Source of the DNA: Escherichia coli
GTDB taxonomy: Bacteria; Pseudomonadota; Gammaproteobacteria; Enterobacterales; Enterobacteriaceae
Length of the DNA stretch: 64,000 nt
Strand: one strand, 5' to 3'
Assembly: GCF_050320075.1 (NCBI RefSeq)
Contig: NZ_CP190018.1
Below are positions 1-15,117 of this stretch, one piece after another (the first letter of the stretch is position 1; each line of letters begins with the position of its first letter). The notes below the pieces were generated by a model that was not told the DNA's origin, did no database searches, and worked only from the letters and a program-made list of their open reading frames with translations. The position numbers were made by a program, and so were the translations under genes.

Positions 1-235
1 CCCATAAAGCCGGATACGCTCATTTTGGGTGGGATTTCCACAAGCATATGGATATGATCTGCGCGGCACTCTGCTTCCAGAATCCGTACGCTTTTCCACT
101 CACACAGCTTTCTCAAAATACTGCCTATCGCCCTACGCTTCTCTCCGTAAAACGCCAGTCTTCGGTATTTCGGCGCAAAAACTATGTGATATTTACAGTT
201 CCAGCGGGTGTGCGCTAAGCTCTTTTCGTCCCCCA
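1..235 (-). CDS. tnpA: IS200 transposase TnpA (Y1/HUH), N-terminal part only; gene runs off window start
   Basis: Same sequence as the 5' half of the complete tnpA at 53143-53601; no complete ORF in track because it is truncated at nt 1. Confidence 0.7.
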
Positions 236-379
236 TTGGGACCCCCTTTTGATTTCTTGTTTGACACTTGCAGTTGCCAGACCGCAAGGTGTTTTAACAA
301 ATCAAAAGGGGTTTGAATAACTGGCTCAAAGCTGAAAGCTTTCCGGAACCCCCAGCCTAGCTGGGGGTTTTCTGTGCAC
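1..379 (-). mobile_element. IS200-like insertion sequence, copy A (partial, cut by window start)
   Basis: nt 1-379 are near-identical (3 visible mismatches) to 53367-53745 of copy B; contains the hairpin cccccagcctagctggggg (349-367) and the 5' part of tnpA. Confidence 0.8.
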
Positions 380-402
380 AAAAAAACCGGGCAATTGCCC
401 GG
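380..402 (-). terminator. Intrinsic terminator downstream of cof
   Basis: Palindrome ccgggcaattgcccgg followed on minus strand by a T-run; lies 17-40 nt past the cof stop. Confidence 0.6.
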
Positions 403-419
403 TGCTGGAAGGGATCTCG

Positions 420-1238
420 TTATTCGGGGGAATAAGGTAGATGTGGATAGTCCAGCCAGTGCGTCAAATAGTGAGAGACAGCCTGATTTCGGCAATGTCC
501 AATCACCGGTAAATGCGGGAGCTCCGCGCGCAATTGCGGCATCGCATTGCCCATAATAAATCCGCTACCGACGCAGCCTAACATTTCGCGATCGTTCATC
601 GCATCACCAAAGGCCATGCAATCGCGCAACGATAAACCTAAATGTTGGGTCAGCACCGTCAATGCAGCGCCTTTATTGCAGCCCACCGGCAGCACTTCGA
701 GGCAATCCGTAGCGGAAAAACACAAATGTGCACGCTCGCCTAATGCTTCGTATAGCTGGATCTGCAAGCGTGTAAGATCGTCGTGATCGCCACAGAAGCA
801 GATCTTGGTGACGCTGCCGAGTGGCATTTTTTTGACATCGATTATCTGATAACGAAAACCGCTATAGACAAATGCCTGCAACAACGCAGGGATCTCTTTC
901 CCGGTAAACCAACCGTCGTCATTGAAGATATGCATGCTGGCTCGGGTATCCCATTGCTGATACAGCACCAGCTCCGCGACATCCGCAGGTAAATCATCAC
1001 GATGTAAAAGTTCACCTTCCAGAGAATGCACGCGCGTTCCGTTGCCGGTAATCAAATATGCATCCAGCGATAGCGCCCCGAGAATATGCTGCATCTCCAG
1101 CGCATGACGCCCCGTGGCAAAAGTGAGGGTAATGTCGCGTTCACGCAGTCGCGCCAAAGTAGAGAGGGTTTTCTCACCTAAATGATGGTCAGGCATCAAT
1201 AAAGTGCCATCCATATCAAATGCTGCCAGACGAGCCAT
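420..1238 (-). CDS. cof: HMP-PP phosphatase Cof (HAD superfamily)
   Basis: ORF 420-1250 translation; DMDGTLL HAD motif; start trimmed to MARLAAF to give the K-12 length of 272 aa. Confidence 0.9.
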   Translation of the reverse strand: MARLAAFDMDGTLLMPDHHLGEKTLSTLARLRERDITLTFATGRHALEMQHILGALSLDAYLITGNGTRVHSLEGELLHRDDLPADVAELVLYQQWDTRASMHIFNDDGWFTGKEIPALLQAFVYSGFRYQIIDVKKMPLGSVTKICFCGDHDDLTRLQIQLYEALGERAHLCFSATDCLEVLPVGCNKGAALTVLTQHLGLSLRDCMAFGDAMNDREMLGCVGSGFIMGNAMPQLRAELPHLPVIGHCRNQAVSHYLTHWLDYPHLPYSPE

Positions 1239-1337
1239 TTCTTTCTCCACTCTGTGACACGGTTAATGGTGATTGAGTATCACCTGATATATACGGAAGT
1301 AATAGTGAATAGTTAAATAATATTGTTCCGGGTTTAT

Positions 1338-3038
1338 ATGCGACTGCTCAACCGTCTTAACCAGTATCAACGTCTGTGGCAACCTTCCGCCGGAAAGCCG
1401 CAAACCGTCACCGTCAGCGAACTGGCCGAACGCTGTTTTTGCAGCGAACGCCATGTTCGTACGCTGTTACGCCAGGCACAGGAGGCGGGATGGCTGGAGT
1501 GGCAGGCGCAGTCAGGACGCGGAAAGCGCGGGCAACTACGCTTTCTGGTCACGCCAGAATCGCTACGCAATGCGATGATGGAACAGGCGCTGGAAACCGG
1601 AAAGCAGCAAGATGTGCTGGAGCTGGCGCAACTGGCCCCAGGTGAGCTGCGCACTCTGTTACAGCCGTTTATGGGCGGACAATGGCAAAACGATACGCCC
1701 ACGTTGCGTATTCCCTACTATCGCCCGCTCGAACCGCTACAACCGGGCTTTTTGCCCGGCCGTGCCGAGCAGCATCTCGCCGGACAGATATTTTCCGGCC
1801 TGACCCGCTTCGATAATAATACCCAGCGCCCGATTGGCGATTTAGCGCATCACTGGGAAACCTCTGCTGACGGGTTACGCTGGGACTTTTATCTTCGTTC
1901 AACCCTACACTGGCATAACGGCGATGCAGTAAAAGCCTCACACTTACACCAGCGATTATTGATGCTGTTACAACTGCCAGCACTGGATCAATTATTTATT
2001 AGCGTGAAGCGTATTGAAGTCACCCATCCGCAGTGTCTGACCTTCTTTTTACATCGCCCCGATTACTGGCTTGCGCACCGGCTGGCGAGCTATTGCAGCC
2101 ATCTGGCGCATCCGCAATTCCCCCTGATCGGCACTGGTCCTTTTCGCTTAACACAATTCACAGTGGAACTGGTGCGCCTGGAGAGTCATGATTATTACCA
2201 TTTACGTCATCCGCTGCTTAAAGCGGTTGAGTACTGGATAACTCCGCCGCTTTTCGAAAAAGATTTGGGAACCAGTTGTCGGCATCCCGTGCAAATCACT
2301 ATCGGCAAACCGGAGGAGTTGCAACGGGTCAGCCAGGTCAGTAGTGGCATCAGTTTAGGTTTTTGCTATTTAACGTTGCGCAAAAGTCCCCGACTGTCCC
2401 TCTGGCAGGCGCGAAAAGTGATCTCCATTATTCATCAATCCGGTTTATTACAAACGTTAGAAGTCGGAGAAAACCTGATCACCGCCAGTCATGCATTACT
2501 GCCAGGCTGGACTATTCCGCAATGGCAAGTACCGGATGAGGTCAAACTACCGAAAACCTTGACACTGGTTTATCACCTACCGATAGAACTTCATACCATG
2601 GCAGAACGTCTACAGGCGACACTGGCAGCGGAAGGCTGTGAACTCACAATTATTTTTCATAACGCAAAAAACTGGGACGACACGACCCTACTGGCACACG
2701 CAGACCTCATGATGGGCGACAGATTAATTGGCGAAGCACCGGAATATACCCTGGAGCAATGGCTGCGTTGCGATCCACTATGGCCACATGTTTTCGACGC
2801 TCCAGCATATGCACATTTGCAATCGACACTGGACGCGGTGCAAGTAATGCCTGATGAGGAAAACCGATTTAATGCCCTAAAAGCGGTTTTTAGCCAGTTA
2901 ATGGCAGACGCGACGCTGACGCCGCTATTCAACTATCACTATCGCATTAGTGCCCCTCCCGGCGTGAACGGTGTGCGACTGACACCGCGCGGCTGGTTTG
3001 AATTTACCGAAGCCTGGCTTCCCGCGCCGTCGCAATGA
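1338..3038 (+). CDS. ybaE: YbaE, SgrR-family regulator / solute-binding-like protein
   Basis: ORF 1323-3038 translation; start placed at second Met (MRLLNRLNQ) for ~566 aa; synteny next to cof. Confidence 0.8.
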   Translation: MRLLNRLNQYQRLWQPSAGKPQTVTVSELAERCFCSERHVRTLLRQAQEAGWLEWQAQSGRGKRGQLRFLVTPESLRNAMMEQALETGKQQDVLELAQLAPGELRTLLQPFMGGQWQNDTPTLRIPYYRPLEPLQPGFLPGRAEQHLAGQIFSGLTRFDNNTQRPIGDLAHHWETSADGLRWDFYLRSTLHWHNGDAVKASHLHQRLLMLLQLPALDQLFISVKRIEVTHPQCLTFFLHRPDYWLAHRLASYCSHLAHPQFPLIGTGPFRLTQFTVELVRLESHDYYHLRHPLLKAVEYWITPPLFEKDLGTSCRHPVQITIGKPEELQRVSQVSSGISLGFCYLTLRKSPRLSLWQARKVISIIHQSGLLQTLEVGENLITASHALLPGWTIPQWQVPDEVKLPKTLTLVYHLPIELHTMAERLQATLAAEGCELTIIFHNAKNWDDTTLLAHADLMMGDRLIGEAPEYTLEQWLRCDPLWPHVFDAPAYAHLQSTLDAVQVMPDEENRFNALKAVFSQLMADATLTPLFNYHYRISAPPGVNGVRLTPRGWFEFTEAWLPAPSQ

Positions 3039-3102
3039 ATAGCTGGTCCGGGTTAATCGCAGGCGTTACCATAACGCTTTTATTGTTCAAGCAGGATTAT
3101 CT

Positions 3103-3798
3103 ATGAAACGTGCTGTCGTTGTGTTCAGTGGAGGCCAGGATTCCACCACCTGTCTGGTGCAGGCATTACAACAATATGATGAAGTCCATTGCGTGACGTT
3201 CGATTACGGTCAGCGGCATCGCGCAGAAATCGACGTGGCACGCGAACTGGCGCTGAAACTGGGGGCACGCGCGCATAAGGTGCTGGATGTCACCCTGCTC
3301 AACGAGCTGGCGGTCAGTAGCCTGACGCGTGACAGCATTCCGGTGCCTGATTATGAACCTGAAGCTGATGGCATCCCGAATACGTTTGTCCCTGGGCGTA
3401 ATATTTTGTTCCTGACGCTGGCGGCAATATATGCGTATCAGGTAAAAGCAGAAGCGGTGATTACCGGCGTCTGTGAAACGGATTTCTCCGGCTACCCGGA
3501 TTGCCGCGATGAGTTTGTGAAAGCACTAAACCATGCCGTCAGTTTGGGCATGGCGAAAGATATTCGTTTTGAAACGCCGCTGATGTGGATTGATAAAGCG
3601 GAAACCTGGGCGCTGGCAGATTATTACGGCAAACTGGATTTAGTCCGTAACGAAACGTTGACCTGCTATAACGGCATTAAAGGCGACGGTTGCGGTCATT
3701 GTGCGGCATGTAATTTACGCGCCAACGGTTTGAATCATTATCTGGCCGATAAACCGACGGTGATGGCAGCGATGAAGCAGAAAACCGGGTTGAGGTAA
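3103..3798 (+). CDS. queC: 7-cyano-7-deazaguanine synthase QueC
   Basis: 231-aa ORF with SGGQDS PP-loop and C-terminal Cys cluster (CGHCAAC). Confidence 0.92.
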
Positions 3799-3849
3799 TT
3801 ATTCCGGGTGTCGCCGGATGCGGCTTGAGCATCCGGCACCACAAAACGT

Positions 3850-4248
3850 TTACTTAACCATCTGCTCGAGCTTTTCGCGCAATTCCCCTTCCAGAGCTAA
3901 CGCTTTCTGCGTTTTAAGATCAATACAAACAAACGTAATAAGCGCATCCGCTACCACCTGCCCTTCCGGCTCCAGTGTAATGACCTGGCTTAAGATGCCG
4001 CTTTTACCGTTTAATTGCTGCAACTGACTGGTAATGGTTAACAGGTCGCTTAATACCGCCGGGCGACGATAGTTAATATTGATATTGACCACGACGAAGG
4101 CGATGTTATGGGCCGTCATCCACTGAAAACTGTCGCTATTTTCCAACCCATCCCAGCGGGCTTCTTCGAGAAACTCCAGATAGCGAGCGTTGTTTACGTG
4201 CTGGTAAACGTCGAGATGATATCCACGAACTTTGATTTGTGTTTGCAT
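3850..4248 (-). CDS. fadM: Long-chain acyl-CoA thioesterase III (FadM/YbaW)
   Basis: 132-aa hotdog-fold-sized ORF at the conserved position between queC and ybaV. Confidence 0.85.
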   Translation of the reverse strand: MQTQIKVRGYHLDVYQHVNNARYLEFLEEARWDGLENSDSFQWMTAHNIAFVVVNININYRRPAVLSDLLTITSQLQQLNGKSGILSQVITLEPEGQVVADALITFVCIDLKTQKALALEGELREKLEQMVK

Positions 4249-4301
4249 AGCGCAATAACCTTACGTTGTTTTTATAAAAACTGTTATAAGTACAGAGGCC
4301 A

Positions 4302-6747
<2,446 letters not shown>

Positions 6748-6938
6748 GGTGTAACAACACTCCGCTGTAGATGACTGTGTACCTCACGCAACGTATCGAT
6801 GCGCGCAAAGGCCTATTGTGACAAGAAACGGGGGCAATTGTCAGCCCACAAGACGCAGAAAGTCACCGAATACAAATAAAAAAGGCACATCAGTAGATGC
6901 GCCCTTGAACTTCGTCACATCCCCACTGGGGACAACGC

Positions 6939-7211
6939 TTAGTTTACCGCGTCTTTCAGTGCTTTACCTGCACGGAAGCTCGGTACTTTAGCGGCAGCGA
7001 TGGTGATCTCTTTACCGGTCTGCGGGTTGCGGCCAGTACGGGCAGCACGCTCTTTAACGGCAAAAGTACCAAAACCTACCAGTGCTACATCATCCCCTTC
7101 TTTCAGAGATTCAGTTACGGAAGCAATAATAGCATCTAACGCACGGCCAGCCGCAGCTTTAGAGATATCAGCCCCTGCAGCAATCTTGTCGATCAATTGA
7201 GATTTATTCAC
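6939..7211 (-). CDS. hupB: DNA-binding protein HU-beta
   Basis: 90-aa [30 protein letters not shown]...; canonical HU sequence. Confidence 0.95.
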
Positions 7212-7350
7212 TCTTCTCTTCCTCTTTATAATTTATATCGCACTTGAATCCTTCAAGGTACGAACGCGCAGCAGTTATATCAGGCCAGCCATCCCCTTAC
7301 AACACCCCTTAATAAGGGCAAGCCCGATCCGCCATCTAACTTAGCGAGAC

Positions 7351-7397
7351 AAAAAAAGGCTGGCAAGCCCGAATTAGCCTGCCAGCCCTGTTTTTAT
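7351..7397 (-). terminator. Intrinsic terminator downstream of lon (bidirectional-looking)
   Basis: Hairpin ggctggca...tgccagcc flanked by an A-run on one side and T-run on the other, just past the lon stop. Confidence 0.6.
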
Positions 7398-7419
7398 TAG
7401 TGCATTTTGCGCGAGGTCA

Positions 7420-9774
7420 CTATTTTGCAGTCACAACCTGCATGCCAGACGGTTCATTTTGCAGCGCCAGAGTCAGAACTTCCTCAATGCGTTTCACAGG
7501 ATGAATGTCCAGATCGGCAATTACGTTGTCAGGAATCTCTTCCAGATCGCGTTTATTTTCGAACGGAATTAACACTGTTTTAATCCCGCCGCGATGCGCT
7601 GCCAGTAGTTTTTCTTTCAAACCACCGATAGGCAGTACCTGACCACGCAGAGTGATCTCACCGGTCATTGCCACATCGGCACGAACCGGGTTACCGGTCA
7701 GGCAAGAAACCAGCGCGGTGCACATAGCAATACCGGCACTCGGACCATCTTTCGGCGTCGCACCTTCCGGTACGTGGACGTGGATGTCGCGTTTTTCGTA
7801 AAAATCAGGGTTGATCCCCAGTTTTTCCGCACGCGCACGAACCACCGTTAACGCCGCCTGAATGGACTCCTGCATCACTTCACCGAGCGAACCGGTATAG
7901 GTCAGTTTGCCTTTCCCCGGAACACATGCGGTTTCAATGGTCAGCAAGTCACCGCCCACTTCCGTCCACGCCAGACCGGTTACCTGACCGACACGGTTTT
8001 CGTTATCAGCGCGTCCATAGTCGAAACGCTGAACACCGAGGTAGTCATGCAGGTTATCACCGTTAATTTCGATATGTTTTAATGACTTATCGAGCAGTAA
8101 CTGCTTAACCGCTTTGCGACACAGTTTGGAGATTTCACGCTCCAGACCACGCACGCCCGCCTCACGGGTGTAATAACGAATAATGCCGATAATGGCGCTA
8201 TCGTCGACGGTCAGCTCACCTTTTTTCAGTGCATTACGTTCAATCTGCTTCGGCAGCAGGTGACGTTTGGCGATGTTCAGTTTTTCATCTTCGGTATAAC
8301 CGGAGAGGCGAATCACTTCCATACGATCCAGCAGCGGTGCCGGAATGTTCATGGAGTTCGACGTCGCGACAAACATCACGTCGCTGAGATCGTAATCCAC
8401 TTCCAGGTAGTGGTCGCTGAACGCTACGTTCTGCTCTGGATCCAGCACTTCAAGCAGTGCGGAGGCCGGATCGCCACGCATGTCAGAAGACATTTTGTCG
8501 ATCTCATCAAGCAGGAACAGCGGGTTTTTCACGCCCACTTTCGCCATTTTCTGGATCAGTTTACCCGGCATAGAACCGATGTAAGTACGGCGGTGACCAC
8601 GGATTTCCGCTTCATCACGCACGCCGCCCAGCGCCATACGGACATATTTACGCCCGGTTGCTTTGGCGATGGACTGACCCAGGGAGGTTTTACCTACCCC
8701 CGGCGGCCCTACCAGGCAGAGGATCGGTCCCTTGATTTTGTTGACACGGCTTTGAACCGCAAGATACTCAAGGATGCGATCTTTCACGCGCTCCAGACCA
8801 TAATGGTCGGTATCAAGGATTTCCTGCGCCTGACGCAGGTCTTTTTTGACCTTGCTACGCGCATTCCACGGCACCTGTACCATCCAGTCGATATAACCAC
8901 GCACTACGGTCGCTTCTGCCGACATCGGAGACATCATTTTCAGCTTCTGCAACTCTGCTTCCGCTTTCTCTTTTGCCTCTTTCGGCATTTTCGCCGCGTC
9001 GATTTTGCGCTTCAGGGCTTCGTTTTCGTCCGGCGCGTCGTCCATTTCACCGAGTTCTTTCTGAATAGCTTTCATTTGCTCGTTCAGATAGTACTCACGC
9101 TGGGATTTCTCCATCTGCTTTTTAACGCGGTTGCGAATGCGTTTCTCAACCTGCAGCAGATCGATTTCCGATTCCATCATTGCCATCAGATATTCCAGAC
9201 GTTCGTTAACGTCGGACATCTCCAGAACGGACTGTTTGTCAGCCAGTTTCAGCGGCATATGTGCAGCAATGGTATCCGCCAGACGCGCCGGGTCGTCGAT
9301 GCTATTCAGCGACGTCAGCACTTCTGGTGGGATTTTTTTGTTCAGCTTGATGTAGCCTTCGAACTGGCTGATTGCAGTACGCACCAGCACTTCCTGTTCC
9401 CGCTCATCAATGGTCGGCGACTCCAGATACTCCGCCTTCGCAGAAAAGTGTTCGCCATTGTCAGAGAGCGCAGAAATACGCGCGCGCTGTAACCCCTCGA
9501 CCAGCACTTTGACGGTGCCGTCAGGCAGTTTCAGCATCTGCAATATAGAGGCCACGGTCCCGACGGTGAAAAGATCGTTTACACCCGGCTCATCCGTTGA
9601 AGCTTCTTTCTGCGCGACCAGCATAATTTTTTTATCATGGTCCATCGCCGCTTCCAGACAACGGATAGATTTTTCCCGCCCGACAAATAAGGGGATGACC
9701 ATGTGCGGATAAACCACCACATCGCGCAGCGGCAATACGGGGATTTCAATGCGTTCAGAACGCTCAGGATTCAT
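7420..9774 (-). CDS. lon: ATP-dependent Lon protease
   Basis: ORF 7420-9819; true start taken at [24 protein letters not shown] (784 aa); Walker [10 protein letters not shown]; Ser protease domain. Confidence 0.95.
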   Translation of the reverse strand: MNPERSERIEIPVLPLRDVVVYPHMVIPLFVGREKSIRCLEAAMDHDKKIMLVAQKEASTDEPGVNDLFTVGTVASILQMLKLPDGTVKVLVEGLQRARISALSDNGEHFSAKAEYLESPTIDEREQEVLVRTAISQFEGYIKLNKKIPPEVLTSLNSIDDPARLADTIAAHMPLKLADKQSVLEMSDVNERLEYLMAMMESEIDLLQVEKRIRNRVKKQMEKSQREYYLNEQMKAIQKELGEMDDAPDENEALKRKIDAAKMPKEAKEKAEAELQKLKMMSPMSAEATVVRGYIDWMVQVPWNARSKVKKDLRQAQEILDTDHYGLERVKDRILEYLAVQSRVNKIKGPILCLVGPPGVGKTSLGQSIAKATGRKYVRMALGGVRDEAEIRGHRRTYIGSMPGKLIQKMAKVGVKNPLFLLDEIDKMSSDMRGDPASALLEVLDPEQNVAFSDHYLEVDYDLSDVMFVATSNSMNIPAPLLDRMEVIRLSGYTEDEKLNIAKRHLLPKQIERNALKKGELTVDDSAIIGIIRYYTREAGVRGLEREISKLCRKAVKQLLLDKSLKHIEINGDNLHDYLGVQRFDYGRADNENRVGQVTGLAWTEVGGDLLTIETACVPGKGKLTYTGSLGEVMQESIQAALTVVRARAEKLGINPDFYEKRDIHVHVPEGATPKDGPSAGIAMCTALVSCLTGNPVRADVAMTGEITLRGQVLPIGGLKEKLLAAHRGGIKTVLIPFENKRDLEEIPDNVIADLDIHPVKRIEEVLTLALQNEPSGMQVVTAK

Positions 9775-9856
9775 AGAGCTCTCTCTTAGTTTAATTTCCG
9801 CCAGGTAATCAGATGACACGACTGTGCTTCACGCCATCTATTAACATGTACGTCAG

Positions 9857-9885
9857 TATATGGGGATGTTTCCCCCACATTCAAC
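9857..9885 (-). promoter_or_regulatory. Probable sigma32 heat-shock promoter of lon
   Basis: Minus strand reads TTGAAT - 12 nt - CCCCATAT, matching the sigma32 -35/-10 consensus, about 90 nt upstream of the lon start. Confidence 0.5.
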
Positions 9886-9961
9886 GCCGAGAATAGAGGA
9901 AAAATTAAAGGGGAGATAAAATCCCCCCTTTTTGGTTAACTAATTGTATGGGAATGGTTAA

Positions 9962-11236
9962 TTATTCACCAGATGCCTGTTGCGCTTCCGGCTTGCCATA
10001 AATCAGCAACGGCTTGCTTTGACCATCAATTACCGATTCGTCGATAACCACTTTTTCGACGTCTTCCATGGACGGCAGATCGTACATGGTATCGAGCAGT
10101 GCGGCTTCTACGATGGAACGCAGGCCACGGGCACCGGTTTTACGCGCCATCGCTTTCTTAGCGATAGCATCCAGCGCCTCGTCACGGAATTCCAGATCCA
10201 CGCCTTCCAGATTAAACAGCGCCTGATACTGCTTGGTCAGGGCGTTTTTCGGCTCTTTGAGGATCTGAATCAGAGCTTCTTCGCTCAGTTCATTCAACGT
10301 TGCGACAACCGGCAGACGACCAATAAACTCAGGGATAAGACCAAACTTGATCAGATCTTCCGGTTCAACCTGCGCCAGCAGCTCGCCTTCGCTTGCTTTG
10401 TCGGACTTCGCTTTTACCGTCGCGCCAAAACCAATGCCGGAGCCGGTTTCTACACGATGGGAAATCACTTTATCCAGACCGGCAAACGCACCGCCACAAA
10501 TAAACAGGATCTTAGAGGTATCAACCTGCAAGAATTCCTGCTGCGGATGTTTACGCCCACCTTGCGGCGGAACAGCAGCTACCGTACCTTCGATCAGTTT
10601 CAACAGTGCCTGCTGTACGCCTTCACCGGAAACGTCTCGGGTAATGGACGGGTTGTCTGACTTACGAGAAATCTTGTCGATTTCATCGATGTAGACAATC
10701 CCGCGCTGCGCTTTCTGTACGTCGTAATCGCACTTCTGCAACAGCTTCTGAATGATGTTTTCAACGTCTTCGCCCACATAACCGGCTTCGGTCAGCGTGG
10801 TTGCGTCGGCCATGGTGAACGGGACGTCCAGCAGGCGCGCCAGCGTTTCGGCCAGCAGCGTTTTACCGGAACCGGTCGGACCGATCAGCAGAATGTTACT
10901 TTTGCCCAACTCGACACCATTGCTGGTATCGCCGTTGCGCAGACGTTTGTAGTGGTTGTATACCGCGACCGCCAGCACTTTTTTCGCCTGTTCCTGGCCG
11001 ATAACGTAATCGTCCAGGTGGTTACGAATTTCATGCGGCGTCGGTAGCGCACTGCGTTCACGATGCGGTGCAACTTCTTTAATCTCTTCGCGAATGATGT
11101 CGTTACATAAATCAACACATTCGTCGCAGATATACACGGATGGACCGGCAATCAGCTTGCGCACTTCATGCTGGCTTTTGCCGCAAAAAGAGCAATACAG
11201 CAATTTGCCTGAGCCATCTTTGCGTTTATCTGTCAT
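9962..11236 (-). CDS. clpX: ATP-dependent Clp protease ATP-binding subunit ClpX
   Basis: 424-aa ORF; N-terminal zinc-binding CSFCGK...CDEC; Walker A GPTGSGKT. Confidence 0.95.
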
Positions 11237-11361
11237 GGGTCAAAACCTCTTCTTTGTTCTTTGTGCCGCACACGACGACGCAAATGCCATTCTCAGGCGC
11301 AAGCCGCTTACAGCGTTGTGCCGCCCTGGATAAGTATAGCGGCACAGTTGCGCCTCTGGCA

Positions 11362-11985
11362 TCAATTACGATGGGTCAGAATCGAATCGACCAGACCGTA
11401 TTCCACCGCTTCAGGGGCGGAAAGGAAGCGATCGCGCTCGGTATCACGTTCAATCTGTTCTAATGATTGACCCGTATGAAGCGCCATAAGTTCATTCATG
11501 CGTCCTTTAACTTTCAGAATTTCACGGGCATGAATTTCGATATCGGTCGCCTGGCCCTGGTAGCCGCCCAACGGCTGGTGAATCATCACGCGCGAATTCG
11601 GCAGGCAGAAACGTTTACCTTTTGCCCCTGCAGTCAGCAAGAAAGCGCCCATCGAAGCCGCCTGGCCCATACAGATGGTGCTGACATCAGGCTTGATAAA
11701 CTGCATGGTGTCATAGATAGACATCCCGGCAGTAATCACCCCGCCTGGGGAGTTGATGTACAGATAGATATCTTTTTCTGGGTTTTCTGCTTCCAGGAAC
11801 AGCATCTGCGCCACAATCAGGTTAGCCATGTGGTCTTCAACCTGGCCAGTCAGAAAAATGACGCGTTCCTTAAGTAGACGAGAATAGATATCAAAAGAGC
11901 GCTCACCACGTGAGGTCTGTTCAATGACCATCGGCACCAGCGCCATATGGGGTGCAAAGTTATCTCGTTCGCCGCTGTATGACAT
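11362..11985 (-). CDS. clpP: ATP-dependent Clp protease proteolytic subunit ClpP
   Basis: 207-aa [41 protein letters not shown]... Confidence 0.95.
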   Translation of the reverse strand: MSYSGERDNFAPHMALVPMVIEQTSRGERSFDIYSRLLKERVIFLTGQVEDHMANLIVAQMLFLEAENPEKDIYLYINSPGGVITAGMSIYDTMQFIKPDVSTICMGQAASMGAFLLTAGAKGKRFCLPNSRVMIHQPLGGYQGQATDIEIHAREILKVKGRMNELMALHTGQSLEQIERDTERDRFLSAPEAVEYGLVDSILTHRN

Positions 11986-12164
11986 TTCCGTCTCCTGGAT
12001 AAAATTGAAAAAACCTGCTGTACCGATTGTAACCTTATGGACGGATTATCAGCTAGTCCCTGTGTTATGGGTACGGCATCACCATATTTCAAGCATAACA
12101 ATCTTTTGTTGTTACGCTAACACCGAAAGAGGCTTTTCGCACGGTTCCATGCAAAATTCATGAC

Positions 12165-12197
12165 AAAAAAAAAGCCCACCACCTGGCGGTGACGGGC
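12165..12197 (-). terminator. Intrinsic terminator downstream of tig
   Basis: Imperfect GC-rich hairpin followed on minus strand by a 9-nt T-run, about 35 nt past the tig stop. Confidence 0.6.
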
Positions 12198-12231
12198 CTT
12201 TGTGCGAATTTAGCGCGTTATGCTGCGTAAA

Positions 12232-13539
<1,308 letters not shown>

Positions 13540-13873
13540 TCAAAAAATCACAGTGCTCGGTCAACTCTTACCCCGCAAGCACAGGTTGTTGGCTTCGCGG
13601 AACCGGGATGTTCTTATAATCAATCACATTCCCTGTTACCAGAATCATCCCGAAAGCATTCAAATAGGACGCGGCATTATAGCGGCATCACTTTTATGAG
13701 TCGAGAACGGTTATTGCGCGCTGTCGCGTATTTTTTCACAATTCCCGGGCAATTTTCGTCTGAATGCTGGGCAAAAAGCGCAAAATCCAGACAAAACAAA
13801 ACGGCCCGCAGGCCGTTTTTCATAAAATCTTTAGCAACATACTGGAAAAGCGCCGACAGTTGCAAATGCGTTT

Positions 13874-14191
13874 TTACGCGATGCTTCCTGCTCCACGACA
13901 GGGAGGAGAGGCAAAGACGGTGTCCTGCAACCCTTCCCACTCCTTAATAGTGTAAGTATGCAGAGCCAGCGCATGAACGGTAGTAGAGAGTTCCTCCGCT
14001 AAAGTACTGTAAATCATTCGATGACGATTCAGAAAACGTTCACCCGTAAAACGATCGCTGACCAGCACAACTTTAAAATGGCTTTCAGAGCCGGCTGGGA
14101 CATTGTGACGATAGCTTTCATCCACTACTTCGAGGAATACGGGTTGGAACGCCGCCCTTAATTTTTCTTCTATCCGCTCACGTATCATCAT
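13874..14191 (-). CDS. bolA: Transcriptional regulator BolA
   Basis: ORF 13874-14224 trimmed to [11 protein letters not shown] (105 aa); BolA fold-sized. Confidence 0.9.
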
Positions 14192-14495
14192 GAAATATCT
14201 CCTCCGACAACGCTGAGATGTCATCCATCCCTTTAAATACTAGCCGCTTTTACCGTTTCCATTGCAGCTTAACAACAAATATTTAGGTTTCGTCCTGGTT
14301 TTTCTGTCAAGCGTATGAAGTTTACTGATTTAAAGATTGAAACACAGGCCTCGCATCAGCGTTTCTTTTACCAGGGGCGATTATTTCGTCAACATGATGA
14401 ATTTACATGCCTTACCCACTTCCCCTCGCCGTTGGCAATGTTATGATGGCGGGAATTTTTACCAAACACGCTTAAGAGTCTCTGAGAGCCCGAAC

Positions 14496-15074
14496 ATGTT
14501 CAAAAAAATCCTCTTCCCGTTAGTTGCTCTGTTTATGCTTGCAGGATGCGCAAAACCGCCAACAACTATTGAAGTTTCCCCGACGATGACACTGCCACAG
14601 CAGGATCCAAGCCTGATGGGCGTCACCGTAAGCATTAATGGTGCCGATCAGCGTACCGATCAGGCGCTGGCAAAAGTCACCCGCGATAATCAAATCGTTA
14701 CCCTGACCGCCTCCCGCGATCTGCGTTTCCTGCTGCAAGAAGTGCTGGAAAAACAGATGACCGCGCGTGGTTACATGGTCGGTCCGAATGGCCCGGTTAA
14801 TCTGCAAATCATCGTTAGCCAACTGTATGCTGATGTGTCCCAGGGCAACGTGCGCTATAACATCGCGACCAAAGCGGATATCGCCATCATCGCTACCGCG
14901 CAGAATGGCAACAAAATGACCAAGAACTATCGTGCCAGCTACAACATTGAAGGTGCGTTCCAGGCCTCCAACAAAAATATCGCCGATGCGGTTAACAGTG
15001 TGCTGACCGATACCATCGCTGATATGTCTCAGGACACCAGCATCCACGAATTCATCAAGCAGAACGCGCGTTAA
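14496..15074 (+). CDS. yajG: Lipoprotein YajG
   Basis: Start placed at MFKKILFPLVALFMLAGC (lipobox LAGC) inside ORF 14337-15074; 192 aa. Confidence 0.88.
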   Translation: MFKKILFPLVALFMLAGCAKPPTTIEVSPTMTLPQQDPSLMGVTVSINGADQRTDQALAKVTRDNQIVTLTASRDLRFLLQEVLEKQMTARGYMVGPNGPVNLQIIVSQLYADVSQGNVRYNIATKADIAIIATAQNGNKMTKNYRASYNIEGAFQASNKNIADAVNSVLTDTIADMSQDTSIHEFIKQNAR

Positions 15075-15117
15075 TTTCTGCCCTCTGGCCCGGTGCAAGC
15101 CGGGCCTGTAGACGCCC

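Noticed and set aside
8260-9492. 410-aa ORF on the plus strand inside lon
   Set aside because: Antisense shadow ORF wholly within the conserved lon coding region; low-complexity R/H/F-rich translation typical of a reverse frame of a codon-biased gene
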